Position numbers and translations under genes: made by a program
Origin: Hyaloraphidium curvatum SAG 235-1
Lineage: Eukaryota; Fungi; Monoblepharomycota
Assembly: GCA_025558095.1 (NCBI GenBank)
Contig: JAIVFI010000003.1
Coordinates: forward strand, 434,001-498,000
Direction: 5' to 3'
Length of the DNA: 64,000 bases
In this document: piece after piece, positions 12,815 through 23,863 of the stretch
Numbering within the stretch: position 1 is the first letter of the stretch
How the letters are laid out: every line of letters starts with the position of its first letter
The notes under the pieces: generated by a model
Told to the model about the DNA's origin: nothing
Seen by the model: the letters and a program-made list of their open reading frames with translations, nothing else
Database searches by the model: none

Positions 12815-13381
12815 ATGAACTCGGGGACCTGCGACGTGAATCCCGCTCTGGTCGAGAAGCTCAAGGCGTTCCGCCTGAATCAGAGCAAGGCCACGCGCGC
12901 ATTCGTCGTCAAGATCGACAAGCTCCAGATCATCGAAGACAAGTGGGTCCGACCGGGTCCAGGCTCCGGCTTGGCGTGACGATTCGAAGGGTGCTTGATC
13001 CGACGACGTGGGAGGACCTCCAGGACGAGCTCCCGGACACTCAGCCCCGCTACGTGGTCGTCTCCTTTGAACGGACGAGCACCGATGGACGTGTCAGCTA
13101 CCCGCTGGTATTCATCTATTATGTTCCTGAGTCGGCAAATATGGGATCCAAGATGATCTACTCGTCGGGCAAGACGGCGTTCTCGCAAGCAGCGGACCTG
13201 GGCTCAAAGGCGGGTGAAATGACGACAGCACACGCCTCCGCGGCTCACGCAACCGATTCCGCAGGTCGTGGACGTTCAAGAGCTGGAGAAGGTGAGCATT
13301 GCTGTGATTTGGGGGCGCGGCCGTGTCTGATCACCACTTTGTCAGATAAACTACGACTACGTCGTGTCCCGGTTGGCTTGA
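12815..13381 (+). CDS. GMF: Glia maturation factor (ADF-H domain, Arp2/3 debrancher; Aim7-like)
   Basis: MNSGTCDVNPALVEKLKAFR, LQDELPDTQPRYVVVSF...DGRVSYPLVFIYYVP...KMIYSSGK. Three introns. Confidence 0.9.
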
Positions 13382-13587
13382 GAACACGGGCGGAAGGACA
13401 CACCGAGGACGGACATGGCATCTGTCAGATACCCGAGCACTGTATCTTGGCTTTCGCGCAAAACATATTACGCTACCGGGGATTAGGTCCGTCGTCCGAG
13501 AGTCATCGAAGGAGGGTATCGAGGAGGAGGATGAGAAGAGAAGGGAGGTGGTAGATCGCCCGGCCGGGTCGGGCGGGGGGGGGTGGT

Positions 13588-14285
13588 TCACTCGTTGAGG
13601 AGACCGAGGATCATTCGGCTGTGGAGGAGAGGTGAGCATCGCGGCGATTGAGGCAAAGAGGCGCGAAACATACTACAAGAAGAAGAAGAAACTGTTGCGG
13701 TGAAGGAAGGAATGGGTCACTCCTCGGAGTCGAAAGGAGGGCGGCGCGCTCACCTCAGGAGATAGAACCCGAGCTTGATGAAGCACTCCTTCTTGTGGTT
13801 CGGCAGCGTACGGAAAATCTCTGTCGGGTCGTACAGCTGCCTCTTGTCCATGACTCTGCCACCGCCACAGGGCCGTCAACCAGCGTCCGCCGCCAGAACC
13901 CGGACCACGCACTTCTTGATGTTGTACCCGAGAAGCGGCACGTTCATGAGGAACGCCGTCCAGCTCCCCGTCAGCAGGAACAGGACCGTGAGGAAGCCAT
14001 GTGCCCCCATTTCGGGCAGAACGAACTGCCGCCGCGAAATCGCGCGTGAGATCCGGCCGGCCGACGCGTCCGCCTGGCGCACCTGGTTCAGCTTATTGCA
14101 CAGATCTATCGGGTTGATGTAGTCGCACTCCAGGTCCGAGAACATGATGATCTGGCCGGCGCGACGCCGTCAGACGTGCGGCAGGGCCCGGTTGCGGCCC
14201 GCCAACTCACGAAGAAGACCATGGCAAAGAGGAGCACCGCGGCCATGATGACCGCGAACAGGAAAAGGAGCGCCTCCCCGTTCAT
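13588..14285 (-). CDS. ERV14: Cornichon / ER-derived vesicle cargo receptor Erv14
   Basis: [54 protein letters not shown]. Includes an 18-nt micro-exon at 13674-13691. Confidence 0.95.
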
Positions 14286-14433
14286 CGTGTCGCCGTGCGC
14301 CGATGAGTGCGGGAGCGGCTAGAATGCCCGCGCGGCCGATCCGTGCGGGTGCTGTTGGGTGAGGGCGGGCCCGCGTGATGGTCGTGGCGTGAGAACAGAA
14401 GGGACGGCAGCCCCCGAAGCTCAATCTTTTCCG

Positions 14434-15689
14434 ATGCTGACGGCCGTCGAGCCCGGCGGCGCGGCGGAGTTTGTCGACAAGCGGTCCGATGCCGAGCGCG
14501 ACGCGATGCTGCTGGCGGTGTTCCGCTTCTTCTTCATCCGGGACATGCTCGCGGCGGACGCCTTCCCGCTGGCCGTTCCGTCGGACGGATCCGCGGGACC
14601 GCGGACCGCCTTTCGCCTCGCGGGCGCATCGTTCCCGTTCTTCCGCCGCGTGCGCGTGTCGGGCACCGTCGTGGACCGGATCGAGGACGAGACCACGCTC
14701 ACCGCGACGGTCGACGACATGACCGCGACGATCCGCGTCCGGGTTTCCAAAGCCGATGTGCACCGAAAGAAGCTCGCCGAGGTGACCAAGGGCGCCTTGG
14801 TGACATTCCTGGGGGACCTCGTGTGCGACGAGTCGGGGAAACGCTGGGTGGAGAGCAACATGTGGGGCCGTCTTCCGCTTCCGGCCCGAGGAACCTTCTC
14901 CTAACCTCGCGCCGACAGCCTGGATGTCAAGCAGGATGCACTCTTCACGATCATGTTCCCCATGCAGACACTGCAGATGTACACTGAGCAGTACTTCCCC
15001 GACCGCTTCCCGGAGCAAGCGCAGCGCTACACCCAGCGCATCTCGCAGCTGCAGTCGCAAAAAGGCTCGCAGATGCCCGTGGGCCCGGAGGAGGAGGCCG
15101 ACTTCAAGGCGGCGATGGAGGAGCTCGGGGAAGCGACGGACCTTGTGCCTGCGCCGGAAGCTCCGGAGGCGGCCGAAAACGCCAAGGGCGGGGACTTTGA
15201 GTTTGACGACGACCTCGACGAGGGCAACCTGATGCTTGTGGACTTTGATGCGGCTGTTGCCAATGCCGCCGCGCCCTCGGTGCCGGCTGCGGCGCCGCAG
15301 CCGGGGTTGCCAGTCGCGCCGAATGCCGGCAAGCCGGCCAACACCGGAGACAGTCCTTCCTTTTCGCAGTACGAGATCAACGACATGGACGATGCGCTCT
15401 TCATGGACGTGGTTGTGGACGTTCCGATGCCCAACGCCGCACAGGGAGAGCGGAGTACAGAGGTCATGGCCGCGATCCGGACCTACCTTTCGTCGGCAGG
15501 AGGCTTGAAGTCATTAGACGAGATCCGCTCGCAGTGCACCGCCCAGTACAAGGAAGAGGAGGTTCAGGACGCGCTGACAAAGGTGAGCGATCGGACAAAT
15601 GGTCGCTCACCAGCATTTCTCACACGGCTCCGCAGCTCGTGGACGGATTCGAAGCGTACAGTCGCGACGGCAAATTTGCCTTGATGTAG
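14434..15689 (+). CDS. OB-fold protein with C-terminal winged-helix-like segment (STN1/RPA32-like)
   Basis: RRVRVSGTVVDRIEDETTLTATVDDMTATIRVRV...GALVTFLGDL is an RPA32/Stn1-type OB pattern. Acidic linker, then C-terminal SLDEIRSQ...EEVQDALTKLVDGFEAY. Two introns. Confidence 0.55.
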
Positions 15690-15795
15690 TTTCATTCATG
15701 GTGGTACAATTCATGTACGTGCAGCGAAGAAGGTGGGGGCGCGCCCCGAGCTTCTGAATTATGCAGTCCGACGTTGTTTCATTCCGTGCCACAGT

Positions 15796-17630
15796 TCAAG
15801 CACGCAAAGCCGCAAAGTAGTGCAGATATGCGCCGAGTGTCTTGACCCCGTTGATCAGGTTCTGTAGAAGGCGACGGTCAAGATGGAAACGGGAGGCGGC
15901 GCCGCTGTTCGAACCTTGCGGTCAACCTTCTCGTTCGTCGAGTGCGCGCCGTCATCTGGATGAAATAGCGGTGAATTCCAATGCCTCTCGCCCATTTGCT
16001 TGGCGACACCAACCGCCCTGGCCGACGGGGAGCAGCATGACTGATTTCCCAGTCGCATCGGCGAACGTGAGCGTGACGGGTATAGAGCCACCCTCCCGGG
16101 TGAGATCCGGAGTGATTCCCCACACCTACGTCGCGCATGAGACGCCAAGAACACGACCGAACGTTGGGATGGCCCACCTTCTCGGTGGCTTTGATTCCGG
16201 CGGTGAAGTTGGCGTCCTTGAAGTCGCCCACCCACGCCTTGGCCCCGTGCCCCATGCTCAGCTTGATCTTGTTCCTGGACTTGAGCTTGGCAAACTCGGA
16301 TTCCACGTGGGCCTTGACGAGCTTGTGGATCTTCTCGGGGTCCTGGTCGGGGACCAGGCGGATCGAGAACTTGCCGATCACCTTGGCGGGGATGACTGTC
16401 TTGGCGCCCGCACCGTAAAAGGCGCCCTCGATCCCGTGGAGGGACAGGGAGGGGTACCTCCACCGAGCCATGACGGCCGGGACAACGGAATCGTGGATCG
16501 TCGTCTTGGCGCCGATCGCGTCTTCAAGCGCCGACATTTCCAACTCGATCCGCTCGTAGATGGCCTTTTCCTCGGGCGAAACGGGGGCGACGTCGTCGTA
16601 GATGCCAGGGATAAGGATCTTGCCGTCCGGCTCAACGAGCGAGGCCATGATCTGGTGACGGGGTATAAGAACGAGGGTCACCGGCTCGTGGCAATGCTCT
16701 CACCTTAATGAGATCCGTCATGGGTTCATGGCTCACCCCGCCCCAGACCTGGTTAATGAGCACAATCCATAGCAATGAGCTATGGAGGATGACTAAGCAA
16801 TGAGAGTCGACTCACGCCCGAGTGAAGATCTGCTCCGGGCCCAGAGACTGCGAGAGTGAAGTATGTTATCCCACGAAGCCCATACGTGATGCACGGCTTC
16901 GTGGTGCCTTTTCAGACTGTGAGCCAAGACACGTGGGTTTCGGTGCTCAGGACTTACCAAGCCAGTAGTTGTCCGAGATGGTCACGCAATCCACGTCCTT
17001 GAGAAATCCGTTCGCTTCCGCCAGGATGACCTCGTCCAAGCCCTCAGAGCCGGATTCCTCCATAGCCTCGAACACCATCTTCAAGTTCACAGGCAGCTCC
17101 TTCTTGAGTTCCTGGTGGGCCTTGATCACCCACAGCCAGCACAGAACCGGACCCTTGTCGTCCGTGGCACCCCGGGCATAGAGCTTTCCGTTCTTTTCCG
17201 TGAGCTTGAATGGCTCCGTGTCCCATCCATCGGACTTGAACGCGGGTTGCTGGGTGACAGGTCAAGAAAGGTATCCAGGGCAGCCTGCTTTACCTACAAC
17301 GTCCAGGTGGCCGTAAACGCAGACGGTGGGCTTCTTGGGATCGTTCCCGTAGGTGCCCAGGATGATGGGAGGCAGAGGGACCTTCTCGTCGTCGATTGTC
17401 TGGAACCCCAGCGGGTTCGGCCTGATTTCGACCTTCACGCCGAGCTTCTCCAGCTTCTCCTTGGTCCAGTCCACCATTCTGATGACCTCGGGCCGCCGGA
17501 CCTTCTCGCCGCTGACCGACGGGATCGCCACGGCCTCGGCGAGAAGGTCGATGATGTCCGCTGCGTGAGCATCGGTCCAATCGAAGAAGGGCTGCAGGTC
17601 CGGGTCCGAAGCGCCGTTCGCGGCAGCCAT
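15796..17630 (-). CDS. DUG1: Cytosolic non-specific dipeptidase (M20 family, Dug1/CNDP2)
   Basis: VYGHLDV|[62 protein letters not shown]. Multi-exon. Confidence 0.95.
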
Positions 17631-17770
17631 CGCGCCGATCGAGTAGCTAAAAGGCGAACAAGTCTCGGCAACGCGGCAGAAACTGGGACCCCGAGGGAGC
17701 CCTGGCGTGCGCGTCGATCGAACGCGCTTGATTCGCGCTATCACCCTCGAATCAAACGCGCGAGTTCGCC

Positions 17771-19301
17771 ATGCTGTCTGCCTCCAGCAGCGCCACACCG
17801 AACTCCAGGGGCGCAGCATCCTCGACATCGGCATTTCCGAGCCGGGGAAACGCGTCCGGAGGGCCTCCGAGGAGGGACCAAGGCGATTCCCAGAGGAGCG
17901 TCGAGACGCTCGATCTCGCACCGGCCCTGCGGGCCAAGCTCATCAACGGCGGATTCCGGACCGTCGGCGACCTCAGGGATGTCACGCCTGCCCGGCTCTG
18001 TCAAGGTGGGCCCACCCGCAGCGCGATGGCCCTTCGGACTGGACGTGGGACGACCGCCCCGCAGAGCTCGGGCTGCCGATGGACGAGGCGCTGTCTGTGG
18101 TGAGACAGTACAATCAGGGTAAGTCCGCAAGACGGTGCCGTGGAGCCTTGCCACAGGCGATGACCTAGGAGCGCGGTGCCAGACCCGTATCCCTCGACAT
18201 CCGCGCTGGACCTCTTGGAGCGCGACCTGAAACGGAGACCTATAACGACATGCTGCGCCGCTTTGGACGGTCTGTTGGACGCGAAAGGGAGCGGGGTTCC
18301 TGTCGGCGTGGTGTCGGAGTTCTGTGGGGAGCCGGGGGTGGGCAAGACGCAGATTGGGTGAGCTTTGCCGACCGGCGCTGGGGTTCGCGACTCGAACATC
18401 GTTCGCAAAGGATGCAGCTGTGCGTCAACGTGCAGATCCCGAGATCTCTCGGGGGTGCGGGCGGCGAGGCACTGTACATCGATTCGGAGGGCAGCTTCAT
18501 CGTGGACCGGCTGGCCCAGATTGCCGCAGCCACGGTCGCCGAGACGAACGAACGTCTGTTGTCGCGAGGCTTGGAAGCAGACTTGATGGATCTGGAGCAG
18601 GTGCTCGACCGGATCCACTACTTTCGCGTGCATGATTACGTCGAGCAGGTCGCGGTGACGCACTTGCTCGCCGAAACCCTGGCCGAGAACCCGAGGGTGC
18701 GTTGGTGGACCACCACGCTTCTCTTGCGTCGCAGCCTCACCTATGCTGTGCCACAGATAAAGCTCATCGTCGTTGACTCGATCGCATTCCACTTCCGCCA
18801 GCACTTCAGCGACATGGCGATGCGCCAACGGCTCCTCCTCAACATTGCAAACACCTTCATGGCGCTGGCCAAGAAGCACGAGCTTGCCGTGGTCATGATG
18901 AACCAGATGACTACCAAGCTGGGGAAAGACGCATCCGGGGAGAACCAGTACGGAACAATGGTTCCCGCACTCGGTCGGTCAGGCAGGGGAGCTTTTCTTC
19001 GCAGCTTGCTAACCGGCCACGTTCGCAGGCGAAAGTTGGGGGCATTGCAATACCCACCGGGTCATCCTCGCGTTCGACAATGGCGGGCGGACTCGAAAAG
19101 CAATTCTTGTCAAGTCCCCCAACATGCAGGGCAGGACAGTCTACTATACCATCACTGTGAGTCCAGACATGTCCCTGCAGTATCTTGCATTCACGCTCCA
19201 GGCAGCGGGACGGCGTGCGTGACGTGGAATCCGCGCGGAGGGCACCCGAGGGGGGAGACACCAGCGCCGAGCCGCGCAAGCGACCGCGAACGGACGAGTG
19301 A
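17771..19301 (+). CDS. RAD51C: RAD51 paralog C
   Basis: EFCGEPGVGKTQ (Walker A), MQLCVNVQIPRSLGGAGGEALYIDSEGSF, IKLIVVDSIAFHFR, NQMTTK, MVPALG|ESWGH. Multi-exon. Confidence 0.92.
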
Positions 19302-19454
19302 TCGTCGAAGGCGCTGAGGATCGCGATCTTATTCATGGAACTGTGTCTGCCTTTCAACGTCATTTCAATTGAGGTTGTACATCGATCAATTGTCTCCGTG
19401 CGCAAGCAAGAATGCACGTCCATGGCTCCATGGCACACATAGCCCCATCCTGCC

Positions 19455-20416
19455 TCATAGCGCGGTCGTTGGCGGATCCTCCAGGTGAGAAGTCACAACG
19501 TCCTTAATCTTGGGGAAGTTTGCCCGCTCTTCCAGCTGCTGCTGCGACCAAAGCAGCATCCGAATCAAACTCGGCAGCTTGGGGCTGTCGTCCTGGGACT
19601 GCGAAATGAGAACCGCCGAATTCAATTCCGACGCTATTCGTTGCCGCTGTGATTGGTCAAAGAGGTCTGCAACTGGAGACGCGGAGACTGCCTCGAGAGG
19701 GAAGGCGAGGAGGGCCATTGTCCGCTCGAGCTCGGACAGAAACTCGGGCTGCGACAGAAAGCCTGTCAGCGCAGAGGCGACCGAACTGCCACGAGCGCCC
19801 ACGTTTTCCTCGCCTCGCGGTGCGAGCTCTTCTTGTGCAAACTCGAGCGCCGCCACCACATCCCCCGTCCGGATGAGCTCGATCAGTTTCTGCTGCTTCA
19901 GGTGGAAGTAGAGCTTCGGGTTCACGTCCAGGATCTGAGCAACAGGAATGAGAAACCCTTGCGGATCCTGCCCGTTTACGGGCCCACCTCGGGATCGAGG
20001 TCGTTGACGTGCGCAATGGCCTGGTCAATGTCCCCGTTCTGCACGGCGTTCCGGATATTCATGCGGTCCTCAATGGACTCCAGCTCCACGCTTGGCTCCA
20101 GCCCGGTCTCCTGCGCGAACTTTTCCGCCGCGTCCTTGTAGCCTTCAATGACGAGGTAGTTCATGACCAGCTTGTTGAGATCCCTGGGGACGCGGCGCCC
20201 GTCGGCGGGCCGAAACGCAGCCGCTCCGCGTGGAAACACCCACTGCTTGTTGATCTTGACCTCTGCGAGGCGCTTCTCCCATTCGTCGCGCGGAATGGTA
20301 ACCTTCTTGGTCTGTGCCGGAGGATTCGGCTTCTGGGTCCAAGTCCGGTCCGGGGACCACGCGACCGTCAGTGTCGCCAACTCGATACTCAAGAGCATAC
20401 GCGCGAAGCGTACCAT
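19455..20416 (-). CDS. GID8: GID/CTLH complex subunit GID8/TWA1 (LisH-CTLH-CRA)
   Basis: DLNKLVMNYLVIEGYKDAAEKF, LYFHLKQQKLIELIR, FLSELERTMALLAF. The first exon is probably the ATG alone (20414-20416). Confidence 0.92.
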
Positions 20417-20509
20417 TGCGACTCGAAACTCCCTCGAGCTCCTGAGCAGGAACGGTGTTGTCGGCCGGGCGGACCAGCGCGTGTCCATCACGCGCCTTCA
20501 AACGCAGAC

Positions 20510-21931
20510 ATGGCGCGGCCAAGAGCGCGGCCAACGCGCCGCATCGCGGCACTGATCGTCCTGGTCGCTGTATTCTTTGCGCTCGCCGTCTTTTCGGCGG
20601 CCGCCCGCGCCGCGGAGGACGCGTCGGACGAGGCTGGCGGCGTGGTCGAGCAGGTGGTCGAAGAGGTGGCCATCGCCGACATAGGTAAGAGGATCCTGCG
20701 TCGCGGTTATTCGCGTGCTGATTAAGTTCCCCAGTGCCGGACGAGCTGTTGGTGGGATTGGCCGAGGGGCAGGAGGACAAGACCACCGAGGCCGTCCCCG
20801 ACCCTCCCGCCGCCGAGGAGCCCGCCGCCGATGCGGCCGAGAGCAAGTCCGCGGCCGCAGAGCCGCCTGCAGAAGAGCCGGTGCAGGAGGAGCCGATGCT
20901 GAAGGTGCTGCCGCACTATGCCGAGATCGCCATAAAGGAGATTCGCGCACGCGTCGCCGGCGCGGACGGCTCCATGGGGGAGGTACAGAAGTGGGTTCGG
21001 AGCTCAAGACTTTATCGGAATTGCATCTCACGCTCTGCTTCAGGCTGACGTACCCGAACAAGTTCCCGCAGCCGCTCGAAGTGTCGTACCCCGGCGCTCT
21101 GAAGCTCGCGTTCAAGGTCTACGACGGCAAGCTCGAGGACAAGCCGCCGCTTGCCGTCAACCAGGCTGTCCTTGTCCTGACCAACCGGGAAACAAAGGAG
21201 GACTCGTCCTTTATCGCCGAGGCCTCCAAAGTCGGAACTTACGGACTCGATGTCGTGGGTAGAGCGTCCGAGTGCAGGGAAGGTCGCTCACCTTTTGGAA
21301 AGGATCTCAACTCGGCAGCCGTGCTGGAATCGCTGCGCTATAGGCCCGGCACGTACGAGATGAGCCTCGTTCTCGGTTCCTTCTCGACGACGCACGCCCT
21401 CAAGTACGACGTCGGTGCCCTCAAGATCATCCTGCCCCTGCCCAACGAGCCCGGCTACGTTGCACCGGCGAAAGAGGGACCTGCCGGGGCAGGTGCGCAG
21501 GACCCGGTCAACTACGCGGTCAAGCCCGAGATCACGCACGTGTTCCGGCCGGGACCCAAGCAGGCGCCCGTCGTCGTCAGCGGATTCTTCACGCTGCTCG
21601 TGCTGTCGCCGTGGTTGCTTTTGCTTGCTGGGGTATGGCTTGCAGTCCTGCTTCTTGGTCCCGTGCTGACTCCTCTCTCCAGTGGCAGCAGCTCGGTTTC
21701 AGCCCCTTGTCCGGGTCGAGCGCCAGCACTTCCCAGGGTCCCTTCGTCATCGCGATTGCCGCGCTTCCGGTTCTCATGTACCTCTACTGGACGCGCCTGA
21801 ACCTGTTCCAGCTGCTCGGATATATGGCGGGTTGGGGTTGCTTCACGTTCATCACGGGACGGAGAGCTTTGAGGGAGCACGCAGCGCAACGGATAAGGAC
21901 CGAGGGGGGCAAGGCAAAGAAGACCGAGTAG
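20510..21931 (+). CDS. SWP1: Oligosaccharyltransferase subunit Swp1/ribophorin II
   Basis: Signal peptide, then KPEITHVFRPGPKQAP followed by three TM helices (LSPWLLLLAG; MYLYWTRLNLFQLL; TFITGRRAL). Confidence 0.88.
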
Positions 21932-22589
21932 TATGTAGTCGGAGAATAGCTATACCCTTGGGCGGTGATCGTGGTTGGATGGTCGGAAAGATGCTTGAGC
22001 GGCTCGTCATCAATCCACACGGGCTTGCCCACGATTCCACATTCTAAAGCCAACCGAAATAGGCCGTTCCGGCCAGACCTGTCTGCTGCGAAGAGTATCG
22101 AAGTCGAGGCCGGGGGCCCGAGGACCGGGAAGCGGCCGTTCGACCCGGACCTCGGTTCGTTCGAGGCAGCCCGGATGCCGGACCAGGAGCCGCAGCCCGC
22201 CCCCCCCCGGCCCGTGGCTGCATGGGACGCGCACCTGTGCGGAGTTCGTCCCCATTTTCAAACAGTAGGCTGCCACCGAGTGCTGTCGGGCGAGATTACG
22301 AGCTGACGTGGCGTCCTGCGACCAGCGACGACATGCTCGTGTACAGGGGTCCCGCGTCCAACTTTTGGGAGGATGAACGCAATCGGGCGGTCGGACGAGC
22401 ACAACCCTTTCGGCCTCTGGCGTTTTAGGGATGTCTAGTTCTAGTTCCGCTCAGCACCATAAAGTCACATGGCTGTATCGATTGCAGATGTACACGCAGG
22501 CTGCCCGGTACGTCTGAAGATGCCCTACGTTGTCCCAAGGAGAACTGTACAAGTTCGGCACGAGCCGATCGCAATAGGGGTCCGTTGCA

Positions 22590-22666
22590 TAGCTGATGAT
22601 GCGCTCGCGCACAGGCACAAGTCCGGCTAGCTGATGATGCGCTCGCGCACAGGCACAAGTCCGGCT
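22590..22666. repeat. Perfect tandem duplication of a 38-bp unit (TAGCTGATGATGCGCTCGCGCACAGGCACAAGTCCGGC x2)
   Basis: Copies at 22590-22627 and 22628-22665. Confidence 0.9.
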
Positions 22667-22694
22667 GGCCGAGTCGAGCCCAAACCAAAGCCAG

Positions 22695-23138
22695 TCACTG
22701 ATTAGGGCGGCAGATGCACTCGGCGGCGTGCACCGCCTGCACCGCCTTGCCTCTTTCGCACTCGTCGTGGTGGGGCTCCTCGCTCGGGTGTGTCATGCTC
22801 CGCACCTTGTGGTGGTGCGCGAGCTCCTCGTCCCTGCTCTTGTGCCCGTGGAACTCGTGCTTGGCCGCCTCCTCGTCGGCCATCCGCTGCTTGCGGGAGC
22901 GGCGGACAAACCAGAACGAGATGGCGACGGCGAACAGGGCGCAGGCGGCGAAGCCGATGAGGAGCCAGCCCCACCAGGCGACTCCAAAGTCGCTCGTCGT
23001 GGAGGAGGCAGAGGCCGTGGGGGAGGAGCAGGCGCAGGTGTACGAGGCCGAGGTGCCGTTGCGGACGCACGAAAGCACGCGGTCCACTGTGGTGCGCTGC
23101 GCGGCGCAGAACGAGACGCACTCGTCGAGGCACGACAT
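22695..23138 (-). CDS. Small single-pass membrane protein (Cys-rich N-terminus, TM helix, His-rich tail)
   Basis: MSCLDECVSFC...SCVRNGT..YTCACS, TM WWGWLLIGFAACALFAVAISFWFV followed by RRSRK (positive-inside rule). Coding-like codon usage. Confidence 0.65.
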   Translation of the reverse strand: MSCLDECVSFCAAQRTTVDRVLSCVRNGTSASYTCACSSPTASASSTTSDFGVAWWGWLLIGFAACALFAVAISFWFVRRSRKQRMADEEAAKHEFHGHKSRDEELAHHHKVRSMTHPSEEPHHDECERGKAVQAVHAAECICRPNQ

Positions 23139-23553
23139 GGCGGCTAACGACGCGGGGTGCGAACGAGGCACTGATGCTGGTATTTGTCGCAGGGGTTTTC
23201 TGTGGCGCCGTGGAAACCGTGTGCGCCTTTTGAATCCTGGTTCCTTGGTTCCTGCGCAAGGGCAGCGCACGAATGACTCAAGTTGCGACACAGCTCTGCA
23301 GAAATCATGGACGTACGGCACGCTGGAGACTTCGTTTTGCTCGGATACCAGTGCCCGGAGGTAGTCGCCGAATGACCATGCGTCTGTCGGCGCAGAAGCT
23401 CGCTTAGGACGGATCTCGGCAATGACGTATTCGCCAGCGCCACACCTGGTTTCCGACCCGAAGCGGCCCTCGCTCGGCCCTGAGCACACGTCACAGCAAT
23501 CCCTGCTTCATCCATTGTGCGGCCTCATCCGGAAATGCGTGATGTCGTGTCGC

Positions 23554-23573
23554 GGGGGGGGGGGGGGGGGGGG
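23554..23573. repeat. Poly-G homopolymer (G20)
   Basis: Read directly from the sequence. Confidence 0.85.
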
Positions 23574-23863
23574 CGGTCAGGCAAGTCTCCGAAGGAAAGG
23601 TTGCTCGGCAGGCCTGGCGCTGGGGCCGACACCGTGGGAGGCGGAAGTAGTCGGCATGATGCTTCGAGTGGTCACCTCTCACGTTCTCACGTAGCTGAAT
23701 TCCAAATGATTTTCTCCGCCGGGGTTGTCGCCGTTGAAGGCGTGGGGAGCAGTCGGCTCCCAGCGTCGCCCCCCTCAAAACACTCCATCGTAGCTCCCGG
23801 CCATACGTCGCTCCACGGCTCAACAAATCATACGACGCGTCTACCGAAAGCGTCCACACGGCA

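Noticed and set aside
21965-22428. Short + strand ORFs downstream of SWP1 (MPDQEPQPAPP..., DYELTWRPATSDD...)
   Set aside because: Could be a small gene or a relic, but I could not support a consistent exon structure or family match.
22590-22666. Repeat as a CRISPR array or C/D snoRNA (contains TGATGA)
   Set aside because: Only two adjacent copies with no spacer, in a eukaryotic context. The box C match is imperfect and there is no convincing terminal stem or guide.
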